DNA of 64,000 nt, taken from positions 1 through 64,000 of the forward strand of contig MCFH01000092.1 in NCBI GenBank assembly GCA_002104945.1, given 5' to 3'. The stretch comes from Piromyces finnis finn. Lineage: Eukaryota > Fungi > Neocallimastigomycota. Within the stretch, counting starts at the first letter, position 1. Every line of letters starts with the position of its first letter. Positions 44,677 to 55,640 of this stretch are shown one piece after another. The position numbers and the translations under genes were made by a program. Below the pieces are notes generated by a model. The model was not told the origin of the DNA, did not search any database, and saw nothing but the letters and a program-made list of their open reading frames with translations.

Positions 44677-46584
44677 TTTTTTTTTTTAGAATTAATATAA
44701 ATATATAATTGACTGACTATTTTTATTTTTTATTATTATATTTAATATAGAAAATGGATATGTAAATTGTAATATATAACTTTTTTTTGATAAAATTTGT
44801 ATATATCAATTAATATTATGTAACTAATTAGTTTTTATTTATTATATTTTCACGAATTATGATCTTAAAATACAATATTATGGCAAAAAAGAACTCTTTT
44901 TATATAAAAACTAGGGGATAGTGATATTTAATTTATGAAATCGATTTAATCATAAGCCATCATGTAATTCTTTTAATTCTTTATTAATTACGATTCAAGA
45001 TAATAATGTGGATAATTACATTACTAAATACTAAATATTTTTGTAATTCTTCAGAAACTTTGTTAAATACCTAAACATTTAAAAGTTTAATTAATATATA
45101 AGTTTGTTTTTTTTTTTTTTTTGGTAATTAAAATAAAATATTATAATTGATTTTTAATATATTACTAAATTAATTTTTTATTAACCATTTAATAAAATTT
45201 TAATATATGATTTAAATGTTAAATAATTCATTAGTATTTTTTTTCTAGCTTCTCCACCAAAAAATTTAACAAGGTGGCATGTGGCATAGTTAAAATACAC
45301 AATAATCAATATTTCAAAAATGAAATTATAAAAATTAAAATACACATAAAAAAAGTTTCAGTTATTATAATTCTTTATTTATCTTAATTACTTTAATTTC
45401 TCTATACATTTTATTTTTCTGTATTTTCCATATCGTATTAAATTTAATACATAATATTTATTAACATAACAAAGTAAAGATTTTAAACGGAACACAAACT
45501 TTATTCACTAAAAATAATATTAAAAAATTTAAAAAAAACTTATTATTAAGAAATCTGAATTAAAAATTAGTGTAATAGATCATTAAGGCTTATCTAGTAA
45601 TAAAATATCAACATTTCTCCAAGATACACAACTAGAATAATTCTAATAGGCAAGAAATATGTACTAGAGTAATTAAAAATATTATTGTATTATCAATTAC
45701 AAACATATCTGCTAATTAAATAATTTAAATACAATGAATATAAATAACAGTGTTTAAGCTGTATAAAAAAAATATTAAACAGTTATACAATGAAACAATA
45801 CAATTATATAAAAATACATAATAATAAAAAATATATAAAACAATACAATGGCTTTTAATGAACCTTCATAAAGTAATAAAATAGCAATTATAGTTAAAAA
45901 AAATTTCCCCTTCATATTATAATATATTATAAATAAAACACAATTAATATTAAAATATAACTAAATAATGACAATAAACTAACTTATACTTAAATAAGTT
46001 ATAAACAGTATAGTATTGTTTATGTTTTACTTCCATTATCAAAATTATATATATAATCATTTATATAAATAAACATACATTTATAAATATAATATAAATT
46101 AAAAACTTTTTTCTTTCTTAAATATATTCATATATTTTATTTCTTTTATATTAATTTTAAATTAAGTTTTTATTGATTATTCTTTTGTTGTTATTATTGT
46201 TGTTGTTATTGAATAAAAAATGAAAAATAAAAAAAAATGAAAATTAATGCATATGCATATTATCGCAACCTTTTTGTTTTTAAATTACAATATTAAAATT
46301 ATAAATTTAAAAAACAATATTGCCTTACTATCCCAACTCCCAATAAAATTCATCCTATAAAGGATTCTTCTTTTTATCTAATAATTTTTTTTTTTTTTTT
46401 GGTTTATTTTTTTGATTTTATACTTAAAATATTTTCAAATAAGTTTAATTATTTTTCTATAATTTTGTTATTTATAATAACAAGAATAAATAGTTTATAT
46501 AATTATGAAAATAAATTATATTTTTTTATTTTATTTTCGTTATTGCATTTTTCACTCTATTAAATTATATATGATATTTAATAT

Positions 46585-48168
46585 TTATTCTTCTTTGACT
46601 ACGATATTAATATCTTTATTATTATTATTCATTTCCACTTCCTTTTTAAGTATTTCTTCTGTGTTGTCACCAACTTCTTTTTTTTGAGACTCTTCTATTT
46701 TTTCTGATTCATCTAATGATTTATTTTCTATTATTGATTTTTCACTAGATATAGTAGATTTTTTTGTTTCTTTCTTACATCCAAAAATCCCTAATAATGA
46801 AAGAATAATAGCAAGACCAGTCATCGTTAAAAATACTACATTAAAACCAAACATATCTGGATTTTCCTTTTTTCCTTTAACACTATTGGAAACAGTTGTC
46901 ATAATGGAAACAAACAATGCTGAACCTATAGCACCACCAATAGAACGAACAGAATTAAGAAGTGCAGTTGCATCTGATGCCTTAGTTTTTGGTATATCTG
47001 TCATACCCCATGTTACAAGTGGCATTAAAAGACCACCAATAGCAAAACATCTAAAAACATGTATTACTGAAACGAGCCAAATACTACTTTTAATAGTAAT
47101 AAAGAAAAGAGCCAAATTGCTAAAAATTAAAATAACAGATTCAACAATAAATAAAATTTTCATTCCAATTTTATCATATAATTTACCAGCAAATGGGCTG
47201 ATTAAAGCCATCACAAGTGAACCTGGTAAAATAACTAAGCCTGATAAAGTAGCAGATTCACCTTTAATCTGCTGAACATAAAGTGGAAAAACAATAGCTG
47301 AACCCAATAAAGTTATTTGTAATATAATGGTTGATATAATACTATTAGAAAGCTTTGAGTCTTTTAATACACGGACATCTAAAAATGGTACTTTTAATCG
47401 TAATTGTCTTATTATAAAGATAGTTGTAAAAATAATACCAATAACTAGGAGTAATAATACTTGTACACTTACAAACTGGTATTTGCCCATATTACCAGCT
47501 GCCAAAGTAATACCACCAAATGCAATAGCACTTATAAGCAATGAAATTATATCGAATTTTTTCTTCATTGTTGGTAAAACGTCTTCAAATACACACAATG
47601 CAAAAACTAAAGAAAAAAGCATTATTATGATAGAAATAACAAATATCATTCTCCAACCAACATAATCTACTAAAACACCTGCTAAAGTTGGAGCAATAAT
47701 TGGAGCTACACCAATTGATAAGCCATACCAACCCATAATAGTACCTCTCTTTTCTGGGGGATATATTGTTAATATAATTACTTGTGTCATGGAAGAGATT
47801 AAACCACTTCCACAACCTTGAATGACTCTACCAAGCATCATAACCCACAAATTTGGGGATACAGCACATACTGTTAAACCTAAAATAAAGAAAGAAAGAG
47901 CAATACAATAGAGTCTTTTTGTTCTAAAGCGGGTAATAAGGTATGCAGTTAATGGCATAACAATGGCTAAAAAAAGGGCAAATCCACTAGTAATCCATTG
48001 AACGGAATTAACATCAATATTGAAATCTTCCATAATTGGTGGTAAAGCTGTGGTCAATGCAGTAGCAAGCATAGATGTTGCAATACAACTAATATTAATG
48101 TTTAAAAACATTAATGAACGACGTTTGTCGGAAACTTTTTTACCTTTATGAATTACTAAATTATCCAT
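46585..48168 (-). CDS. MFS drug:H+ antiporter, DHA2, tandem paralog, intronless, 527 aa
   Basis: Same motifs; colinear with 43060..44676 (e.g. FLNINISCIATSML.TALTTALPPIM shared). Confidence 0.93.
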   Translation of the reverse strand: MDNLVIHKGKKVSDKRRSLMFLNINISCIATSMLATALTTALPPIMEDFNIDVNSVQWITSGFALFLAIVMPLTAYLITRFRTKRLYCIALSFFILGLTVCAVSPNLWVMMLGRVIQGCGSGLISSMTQVIILTIYPPEKRGTIMGWYGLSIGVAPIIAPTLAGVLVDYVGWRMIFVISIIIMLFSLVFALCVFEDVLPTMKKKFDIISLLISAIAFGGITLAAGNMGKYQFVSVQVLLLLVIGIIFTTIFIIRQLRLKVPFLDVRVLKDSKLSNSIISTIILQITLLGSAIVFPLYVQQIKGESATLSGLVILPGSLVMALISPFAGKLYDKIGMKILFIVESVILIFSNLALFFITIKSSIWLVSVIHVFRCFAIGGLLMPLVTWGMTDIPKTKASDATALLNSVRSIGGAIGSALFVSIMTTVSNSVKGKKENPDMFGFNVVFLTMTGLAIILSLLGIFGCKKETKKSTISSEKSIIENKSLDESEKIEESQKKEVGDNTEEILKKEVEMNNNNKDINIVVKEE

Positions 48169-51100
48169 TTTATTATTCTTAATTAAATTAATTGTTTAAA
48201 CATTAATTTAGCATATATTAGTTTTTTTTTTCAGTTGTTATTTATTTTTATTTTTTTAGTATTTTATATTTTATTTTGTTTTATATTTTATTTATTTTTT
48301 GCTGAATTTCTTTTTTTTTTTTATTTTATATTTGAATTATACAAATCCTTAAATTTATTTATATCGGTTTAATATAGATATATATTTAGTTTATTTTTTA
48401 AGTGTTTAAGCTATACTTTCAACATATTAGTTACTAGCTAATATTTAATTAATATAAACATTAACATAATTGTGTAGGAAATAAAAAAGTTTATTTCTCT
48501 ATTTATTTTTATTTCTTTTATTAATTTAAATGGTTAAGTCAAGATACAAAAAAATCTCTTAAATTTTAAAGAGAAAAAAAAATTATATTAACTAAAACAA
48601 TCATATGAAAATTATAATATTTTTTATTATTATTATTATGTACATTTTAATATATTAATATATAAATATAATTAAAATAATAATTGTATGTGACTTAACC
48701 ATAATATTTATAATATTTGTCTACAATATCGAATCAAATGTATTGAAATTTTTTGTAAATACAATACATTATTTAATCAACAAAACTTTGTATTATTGTA
48801 TAACATTTAATAAATCATTTCTATTTCTAATATTAAATTTTTGTTGTTAATTAGTATATGAATTATTCCTACTGTAGTAATGTAGTAAGAAAGAAAAAAA
48901 AAAAGCAATATAAATACAATAGCAAGTAAAATAATATATAATGCATGTAATTCTAACATTATAGTTGTGCAATTAATTATCAAATAAGCCTCATTTGTAT
49001 AAACAAACTAGATAATATTTATTAAATTTTCTTAAAAAGATTTTTTATTTTAATATTATTTATTATGTATCATTGTATCAAATAAATGCATTTTAACCAA
49101 CTTAGTTTTTTGCATTTTATTGTATTACTGATGTTTAATAAAAATTAAAATTATATATATTTTATTTGTATTATATTTATTGTGTATTTTTTAACTTTTA
49201 AAAACTGTTGTGTTGTGAATCTTCTATGACATTAAAAAAAAATAGAATATTTTATATATATAACACTAATATCTAAATTTTATTACCTCTAAAATCTTTA
49301 AAAATATTTATTTATGTTTAATTCATAGTGAATTATTCAAAAAATCTATGAAATATAAATAATATTAATTTAAAAATAATATTTAATAATAAATATTATT
49401 ATAATTTATAATAATATGAAAATTAAAGGGTTATTATGATTTAGAAAATATTAAAAAAAAAAATATTTAATTTATATAAAATTATAAAATTATTCTGTAT
49501 TTATAAAATGCTAATTAAAAAATAAGTTTATAATATTTCTTTTTTTTTTCTAATTTTATTGATTATACTGATATATCTACATTTAAAAGTAGATGGTAAT
49601 AAAAAATATGGGTAAAATAACATAGAGTATTATATCAACTAATAAATTATATTAAATATAATTGTTATTTGTATATATTTATACTTTCTTTGTGATTATG
49701 AAAATACATCAAAAATTTTATATAATAAATACTTTATATATATTTTGTAATTTAATAATTATTATTTATTAGATAATAAAATTATTATTTCTCATAACAA
49801 AATAGACTTTATTTTAATTAAATTTTTATAATATTTTTTAATTAAATTTTCTGTACAAAGTTATAATAGATACTTTTAAAAATCATAAATTAATATCCAT
49901 TTACAGAATAAATAATAAATAATTGTATCAAAAATTTAATTTTTTTTTTTAAATTAATTTTTATATTACTTTTTATTATTATTTATTATGTTAATAATAT
50001 TAATAATTAAAAAAGTTACCTTTTTATTCTAATTTTGTTTATTTTAAATAATCTACATAAACTTGATTTATAATATAATATAATATAAATGTAATATATT
50101 TTTATTATATAAAAATTATTATATATTTATTTATCATTGTCTCTTTTTTTAATAAAATATAATATTAAAATACTTCAATTAAAAAGAGTACTAAAAAAAT
50201 AATTATGAATTTATAATTAAAACTTTTATTATATAAAGTACTTTTTAAATATGTTTTAAACTGAATATTATAAAACTATTAATTTCATAATATTATAAAT
50301 CAGTTATCATCATTTATTATTATTTCACAAATTCAATTACCCAATTTGAATCAAGGATTAAAGATATAGAATAATATTTTATATTTTATATTCCAAATAA
50401 AAAAAAAATTTGTTTTAAGTACAGTTTAAGTTTAAAATATATTAAATTTAAATATAACGAATGATATTGAATAGATCGACATTTTATATATGATAAATTT
50501 TATGATAATTACTAATTATAGTTTTAGAATAATCATATAAAATAAAATTATGGTTTTATGGTTACAAACATCGTTTTATAATATTTTTTATGACATATTA
50601 AATAATAATTCTTTTATGATAATTTTATGAATAAATATTAAACTATAAAAATTAATTTACATTAATTTATATTAATTTAAAAACATAACAATTAAACTTT
50701 AAAATCGATTATTAATTTGTGTTACAATTATCACTTATTAATTAATACAATAAATTAAATGAAATAAAATGAAATATTTGCATTAATAATAATTTAATAA
50801 TTATTATTTTAATAATATCTAAAGTTTCTTTATCAGTGATTTTCATTTCTATCATATTATTATCATTACTAATATAGACACATAAACCATAACGCCATGA
50901 TAGTTTTATTTGTAAAAATTTGTAATTCATATAATAAGGTTTATTAATATGAAACTAATATATTTAAGATTAACTCTAATTATCATTAATATATTAAAAT
51001 TTTAATCTTATATAAAATATTTTATATGTATTATAGAAATAGCAAAAATCATTGGTTTTTAAATAATAATACATATATAAATTTTACTATTATACAAAGT

Positions 51101-51397
51101 AGTCTATATTAATAAAAAATTTATAGAAAAAAATGTTAATTTTTTAATAATAATTTTTTAAATAATATAAATAATCCTCATTTTGTCTACTTTTTTTTTT
51201 TCACATACAAAATTGTATAAATAATATTCTTTTTGATAAAGAAAAAAATATATAATTATTATAAAGTTGATATAAAGTATAAAATACTTTTTCTTTTAAA
51301 TAATTATTAACAATAAGAAGGAATTGATATATTTATTAATATTTAAAAATAATAATATATAAAGTCAAAAATCAAAACTTAAAATTTTATACATAGG

Positions 51398-51428
<31 letters not shown>

Positions 51429-51430
51429 AA

Positions 51431-53215
51431 ATGCGTTTCTCTGTTGTCTTAGGTGTTGTTCTTTCATTAACTTTAAATGCTGTTGCCTTACCAGTTCCAG
51501 ATGAACAACCAACTCAAGTAGGTATTGAACCAATTGCTCCATTGGCTGGTCCAGTGGATCTTCCAGTAGTTCCATCAACTAAAACTTTACCATCAAAGGT
51601 TTTACCAGAAACTACTAATGTTCCAGAAGTCGCTCCAAAGGCTTTACCAGAAGCTCCAGAAGCCCCAATTGCTCCAGCTACCAAGGCTGTCCCAGCTACT
51701 AAGGCTATCCCAGCTACTAATGCTACTAAGTCTTTACCAGCTAAGGCTTTAGCTACTCCAGCTGTTAACGTTTTAGATGCTGAAGAAGAAATTGAAGCTA
51801 CTCCAGCTGCCAAGGCTTTACCAGGTACTTCAGCTGCTAAGACTTTACCAGCTGCTCCAGCTACCAAGACCTTATCTGAAGCTACTCCAGCTGCCAAGGC
51901 TTTACCAGAAGCTCCAGAAGCTCCAGAAGCCCCAGTTGCTCCAGCTACTAAGGCTGTCCCAGCTACTAATGCTACCAAGGCTGTCCAAGCTACCAAGGCT
52001 ATCCCAGCTACTAATGCTACTAAGTCTTTACCAGCTAAGGCTTTAGCTACTCCAGCTGTTAACGTTTTAGATGCTGAAGAAGAAATTGAAGCTACTCCAG
52101 CTGCCAAGGCTTTACCAGGTACTCCAGCTGCTAAGACTTTACCAGCTGCTCCAGCTACCAAGACCTTATCTGAAGCTACTCCAGCTGCCAAGGCTTTACC
52201 AGAAGCTCCAGAAGCTCCAGAAGCCCCAGTTGCTCCAGCTACTAAGGCTGTCCCAGCTACTAATGCTACCAAGGCTGTCCAAGCTACCAAGGCTATCCCA
52301 GCTGCTAATGCTACTAAGTCTTTACCAGCTAAGGCTTTAGCTACTCCAGCTCTTAGCTTTTTAGTTGCTGAAGAAGAAATTGAAGCTACTCCAGCTGCCA
52401 AGGCTTTACCAGGTACTCCAGCTGCTAAGACTTTACCAGCTGCTCCAGCTACCAAGACCTTATCTGAAGCTACTCCAGCTGCCAAGGCTTTACCAGAAGC
52501 TCCAGAAGCCCCAGTTGCTCCAGCTACTAAGGCTGTCCCAGCTACTAATGCTACCAAGGCTGTCCAAGCTACCAAGGCTATCCCAGCTGCTAATGCTACT
52601 AAGTCTTTACCAGCTAAGGCTTTAGCTACTCCAGCTGTTAACGTTTTAGATGCTGAAGAAGAAATTGAAGCTACTCCAGCTGCCAAGGCTTTACCAGGTA
52701 CTCCAGCTGCTAAGACTTTACCAGCTGCTCCAGCTACCAAGACCTTATCTGAAGCTACTCCAGCTGCCAAGGCTTTACCAGAAGCTCCAGAAGCTCCAGA
52801 AGCCCCAGTTGCTCCAGCTACTAAGGCTGTCCCAGCTACTAATGCTACCAAGGCTGTTCAAGCTACCAAGGCTGTCTCAGCTGCTAATACTACTAAGTCT
52901 TTACCAGCTAAGGCTTTAGCTACTCCAGCTGCTGACTTAGATGCTGAAGAAGAAACTCCAGCTACTCCAGCAACCAAGGCTGTTCCAGCTGCTAAGACTT
53001 TATCTGAATCCCCAGCTGCTCCAGCTGCCAAGGCTTTACCAGAAGCCCCAGAAGTTGCTACTCCAGTTGCTAAGACTTTACCAGCTACTACTAAGACTTT
53101 ACCAAATGTTGAAGCTCCAGCTCCAGTTACCACTAAGACTTTACCAGTCATTACCTCTAAGACTTTACCAGCTGGTGCTACTAAGACTTTACCAGTTATT
53201 GCTGAAACCAACTAA
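51431..53215 (+). CDS. Secreted Ala/Pro/Thr/Lys/Glu-rich tandem-repeat (mucin/cell-surface-like) protein, 594 aa
   Basis: Signal peptide MRFSVVLGVVLSLTLNAVA, strongly biased codons (GCT, CCA, ACT, AAG) and an uninterrupted ORF. Confidence 0.88.
   Translation: MRFSVVLGVVLSLTLNAVALPVPDEQPTQVGIEPIAPLAGPVDLPVVPSTKTLPSKVLPETTNVPEVAPKALPEAPEAPIAPATKAVPATKAIPATNATKSLPAKALATPAVNVLDAEEEIEATPAAKALPGTSAAKTLPAAPATKTLSEATPAAKALPEAPEAPEAPVAPATKAVPATNATKAVQATKAIPATNATKSLPAKALATPAVNVLDAEEEIEATPAAKALPGTPAAKTLPAAPATKTLSEATPAAKALPEAPEAPEAPVAPATKAVPATNATKAVQATKAIPAANATKSLPAKALATPALSFLVAEEEIEATPAAKALPGTPAAKTLPAAPATKTLSEATPAAKALPEAPEAPVAPATKAVPATNATKAVQATKAIPAANATKSLPAKALATPAVNVLDAEEEIEATPAAKALPGTPAAKTLPAAPATKTLSEATPAAKALPEAPEAPEAPVAPATKAVPATNATKAVQATKAVSAANTTKSLPAKALATPAADLDAEEETPATPATKAVPAAKTLSESPAAPAAKALPEAPEVATPVAKTLPATTKTLPNVEAPAPVTTKTLPVITSKTLPAGATKTLPVIAETN
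51690..52930 (+). repeat. About four tandem 294-bp (98-aa) coding units, one shortened to 285 bp
   Basis: The GATGCTGAAGAAGAAATTGAAGCT-type anchor recurs at about 51777, 52071, 52365 and 52650. Confidence 0.95.
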
Positions 53216-53650
53216 AGTTAAAATATTTAACGTTAATGTATATCATATAAAGTAAATAAAGTAGTAAAATAAAATATAATATAAATAAATGAATTAGTTA
53301 TTAAATGTGATAAAATATAATAATAATAAAGTATTATAAATTTTATTAAATAAAAATTTATAAAAATCTATTATTTATTAAAAAAATGTATATAAAAAAT
53401 AATTAGTAAAAAAAAAAAACAAAATATAATAAAATAAAGCAAAAAAAAAAAAAAGAAAGAAATATATGAAATTTAAAAATGATATTTTATGGTGGTCTTA
53501 AAATATGCATTAACCAAATTACTTTTTTTGTTTTTTTTTTCTTTTTTCATAATAATTATTAGAATTAATTTATTACTACATATACCTGAAATATTAGAAA
53601 TAATTATTTATAATTATATTTTTTAATTCTTCTTGGTGGAACTTTAACTA

Positions 53651-53704
53651 AGGGCGTCAATGCTGAAAAAGCATTAAGACAAAGTCAAGTAAGCCAGTTT
53701 AACC
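53651..53704 (+). mobile_element. Short relic resembling the 3' end of the non-LTR element (diverged relative)
   Basis: gggcgtcaatgctgaaaaagcattaagaca...gccagtttaacc aligns with 59333-59384 gagcgtcaatgctgaagaaacagtaagaca...gccagcacaacc. Confidence 0.5.
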
Positions 53705-53756
53705 AATAAATATTAAAATTTTGTACATTTGCAAATTTGATCGCTAGATTTCATTG

Positions 53757-54290
53757 GACCCTCTTGGAAACGTGCCTTCATTTATTTAATAAATGGAGTT
53801 TATCAAGGGGGTCTACTCATGCTCATGGTACTGAGAGAGTAGGAAGAATTAAATCCAAGTATTGCGCAATGGATGACCTCTTGGGAACGTGTCTTCATTT
53901 ATTTAATAAATGTAGTTTCTCAAGGGGGTCTACTCATGCTCATGGTACTGAGAGAGTAGGAAGAATTAAATCCAAGTATTGCGCAATGGATGACCTCTTG
54001 GGAACGTGTCTTCATTTATTTAATAAATGTAGTTTCTCAAGGGGGTCTACTCATGCTCATGGTACTGAGAGAGTAGAAAGAATTAAATCCAAGTATTGCG
54101 CAATGGATGCTTGGTGCCCTCTTAGGAATGTGCCTTCATTTATTTAATAAATGTAGTTTCTCAAGGGGGTCTACTCATGCTCATGGTACTGAGAGAGTAG
54201 AAAGAATTAAATCCAAGCATTACGCAATGGATGCTTGGTTAGTCTTCAAGGGAAAATTATTAGGACTAAGCTCATGGTACTGAGCGATTA
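53757..54290. repeat. Tandem array of about 117-bp structured units (starts about 53761, 53878, 53995, 54119, then a partial unit)
   Basis: Near-identical units containing CATTTATTTAATAAATG, CTACTC...GAGTAG and ATTGCGCAAT inverted repeats. Confidence 0.95.
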
Positions 54291-54890
54291 AAAAACATTT
54301 TATTCATCGAATTTAAGTATTTGATGAATAAGTTGAATGTTTGATATTCAGGTAAGTTTGTATAGTATTTAATTAGAAGAGTAATACATTTTGTTGCTGT
54401 ATTTTTTCTTTTATTCATGTATTCTTGTAGTACTACTCTTCTCTTGTAAGAATCCAATGTAGTCAACTTTAGCATTTGCATTGTATTTTTATATTCATGT
54501 AGCTATTGTTGTATTGTTTCTTGTAAGAGACTGATTCACTCTACATCATGTAAAAATACTATTCACAAGCTTTCTGGTGTCGACATTCTTGATTCAAATT
54601 TTTTACCAATTTAAATATTTAATGAAAAGTAAAGTCAAACAAGTTTAGTGTCAAAAAGCGATTCGAATTTACTAACAACAAACCAAAACTAGAATTTTTA
54701 AAAAAAGTTAACAACTAGAATTCAAAAAAAGAAACTTTAAACTTTAAACAAAGTATCGTAACAATTTTTGTACTATCCAGTACTTTTAAGAAGAGAGAGA
54801 GAGACAGATTTTTTTTCCATATACGTTATATTTATAATTTTTATTAGTATTTATTTTATATTCAATATTTTTTAATTAGAATTAATTATC

Positions 54891-55640
54891 ATGTCAGTCC
54901 TTTATATTAAAGATAAGAATTATATCAGACGTGGTACCCGGTCTTATGGTATCCCCTTAGATGATATTCGCTCCTTCTTTATCCGTGGTATTCGATCATG
55001 GTCAGTAAATATGCTATGGGAAAAACTCGAGGTTATTCTAGAAGATAAATTTAATTCAGTTATTAGTGTTAAATATTTTCAGACTTTCAATGATCACTTT
55101 TTCTTAGTCAAGGTTCATGGTTCATCAAAAGATTGTATTAAAATCTTACACATGTTAAAGAAGAAACTTTCAGTTACCTCAATTTCCTTTTCAGCTCGTA
55201 GTAGAAGGAATCACAAATACACTTTTTCCACTCTCAAACGTAAAATTTTAGTTTCTAATAAACATCAACATTCTATTCAACAATCATTTCAACAATCAGT
55301 TCAACAATCTCATCAACAATCCGATCTTCAACAAGATCTTCAACAAGATCTTCAACAAGTTTCCCATCATGAAAATATTCCAGATCTACAGCAAACACAA
55401 TTTCAATCTCAACATTCAACAATTAATTCTAATAGTTCTATCAACTCTGATAACAGTTCAATAGTTGATAGTTCTTCAGCTTCACAGCCATCTAGTAATA
55501 GTTCTACTTATTCCTCTGATGCATCATCCATTAATAATGATGACTTTAATAATAGTAATAATAGCAACGATTCTTCCTCATCCTCATCCAACAAGCCTGA
55601 TAACTTTTCTTTTTGTCTTAGTTGGAACACCAATGGGTAG
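54891..55640 (+). CDS. Retroelement N-terminal segment (ORF1-like, 249 aa) ending in the first APE motif at TAG 55638-55640
   Basis: Track ORF; ends ...DNFSFCLSWNTNG*. Confidence 0.75.
   Translation: MSVLYIKDKNYIRRGTRSYGIPLDDIRSFFIRGIRSWSVNMLWEKLEVILEDKFNSVISVKYFQTFNDHFFLVKVHGSSKDCIKILHMLKKKLSVTSISFSARSRRNHKYTFSTLKRKILVSNKHQHSIQQSFQQSVQQSHQQSDLQQDLQQDLQQVSHHENIPDLQQTQFQSQHSTINSNSSINSDNSSIVDSSSASQPSSNSSTYSSDASSINNDDFNNSNNSNDSSSSSSNKPDNFSFCLSWNTNG

Noticed and set aside
43997-47815. Antisense ORFs inside the MFS genes
   Set aside because: Opposite-strand shadows of hydrophobic codons.
50742-50930. 62-aa ORF with a WRYGLCVY word
   Set aside because: No start context, splice support or family match visible.
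51514-53211. Long antisense ORFs (445 and 117 aa) and four repeated 86-89 aa plus-strand ORFs
   Set aside because: Shadows of the biased codons and 294-bp repeats of the real plus-strand gene.
53737-54147. 136-aa ORF with 39-aa repeats
   Set aside because: Follows from a 117-bp unit (divisible by 3) lacking stops in one frame; no family features and a non-ATG start.
53757-54290. Array read as CRISPR, 5S rRNA, tRNA-SINE, spliced-leader RNA or hammerhead ribozyme
   Set aside because: No unique spacers; no 5S similarity; no convincing A/B boxes; no Sm site. CUGAGAG does not fit CUGANGA, GAAA is not conserved across units, and the minus strand lacks CUGANGA.
54272-54640. 69-aa minus-strand ORF and neighbouring sequence as the missing 3' half of a lectin gene or a transposase relic
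   Set aside because: No lectin or transposase motifs are recognisable; left unassigned.
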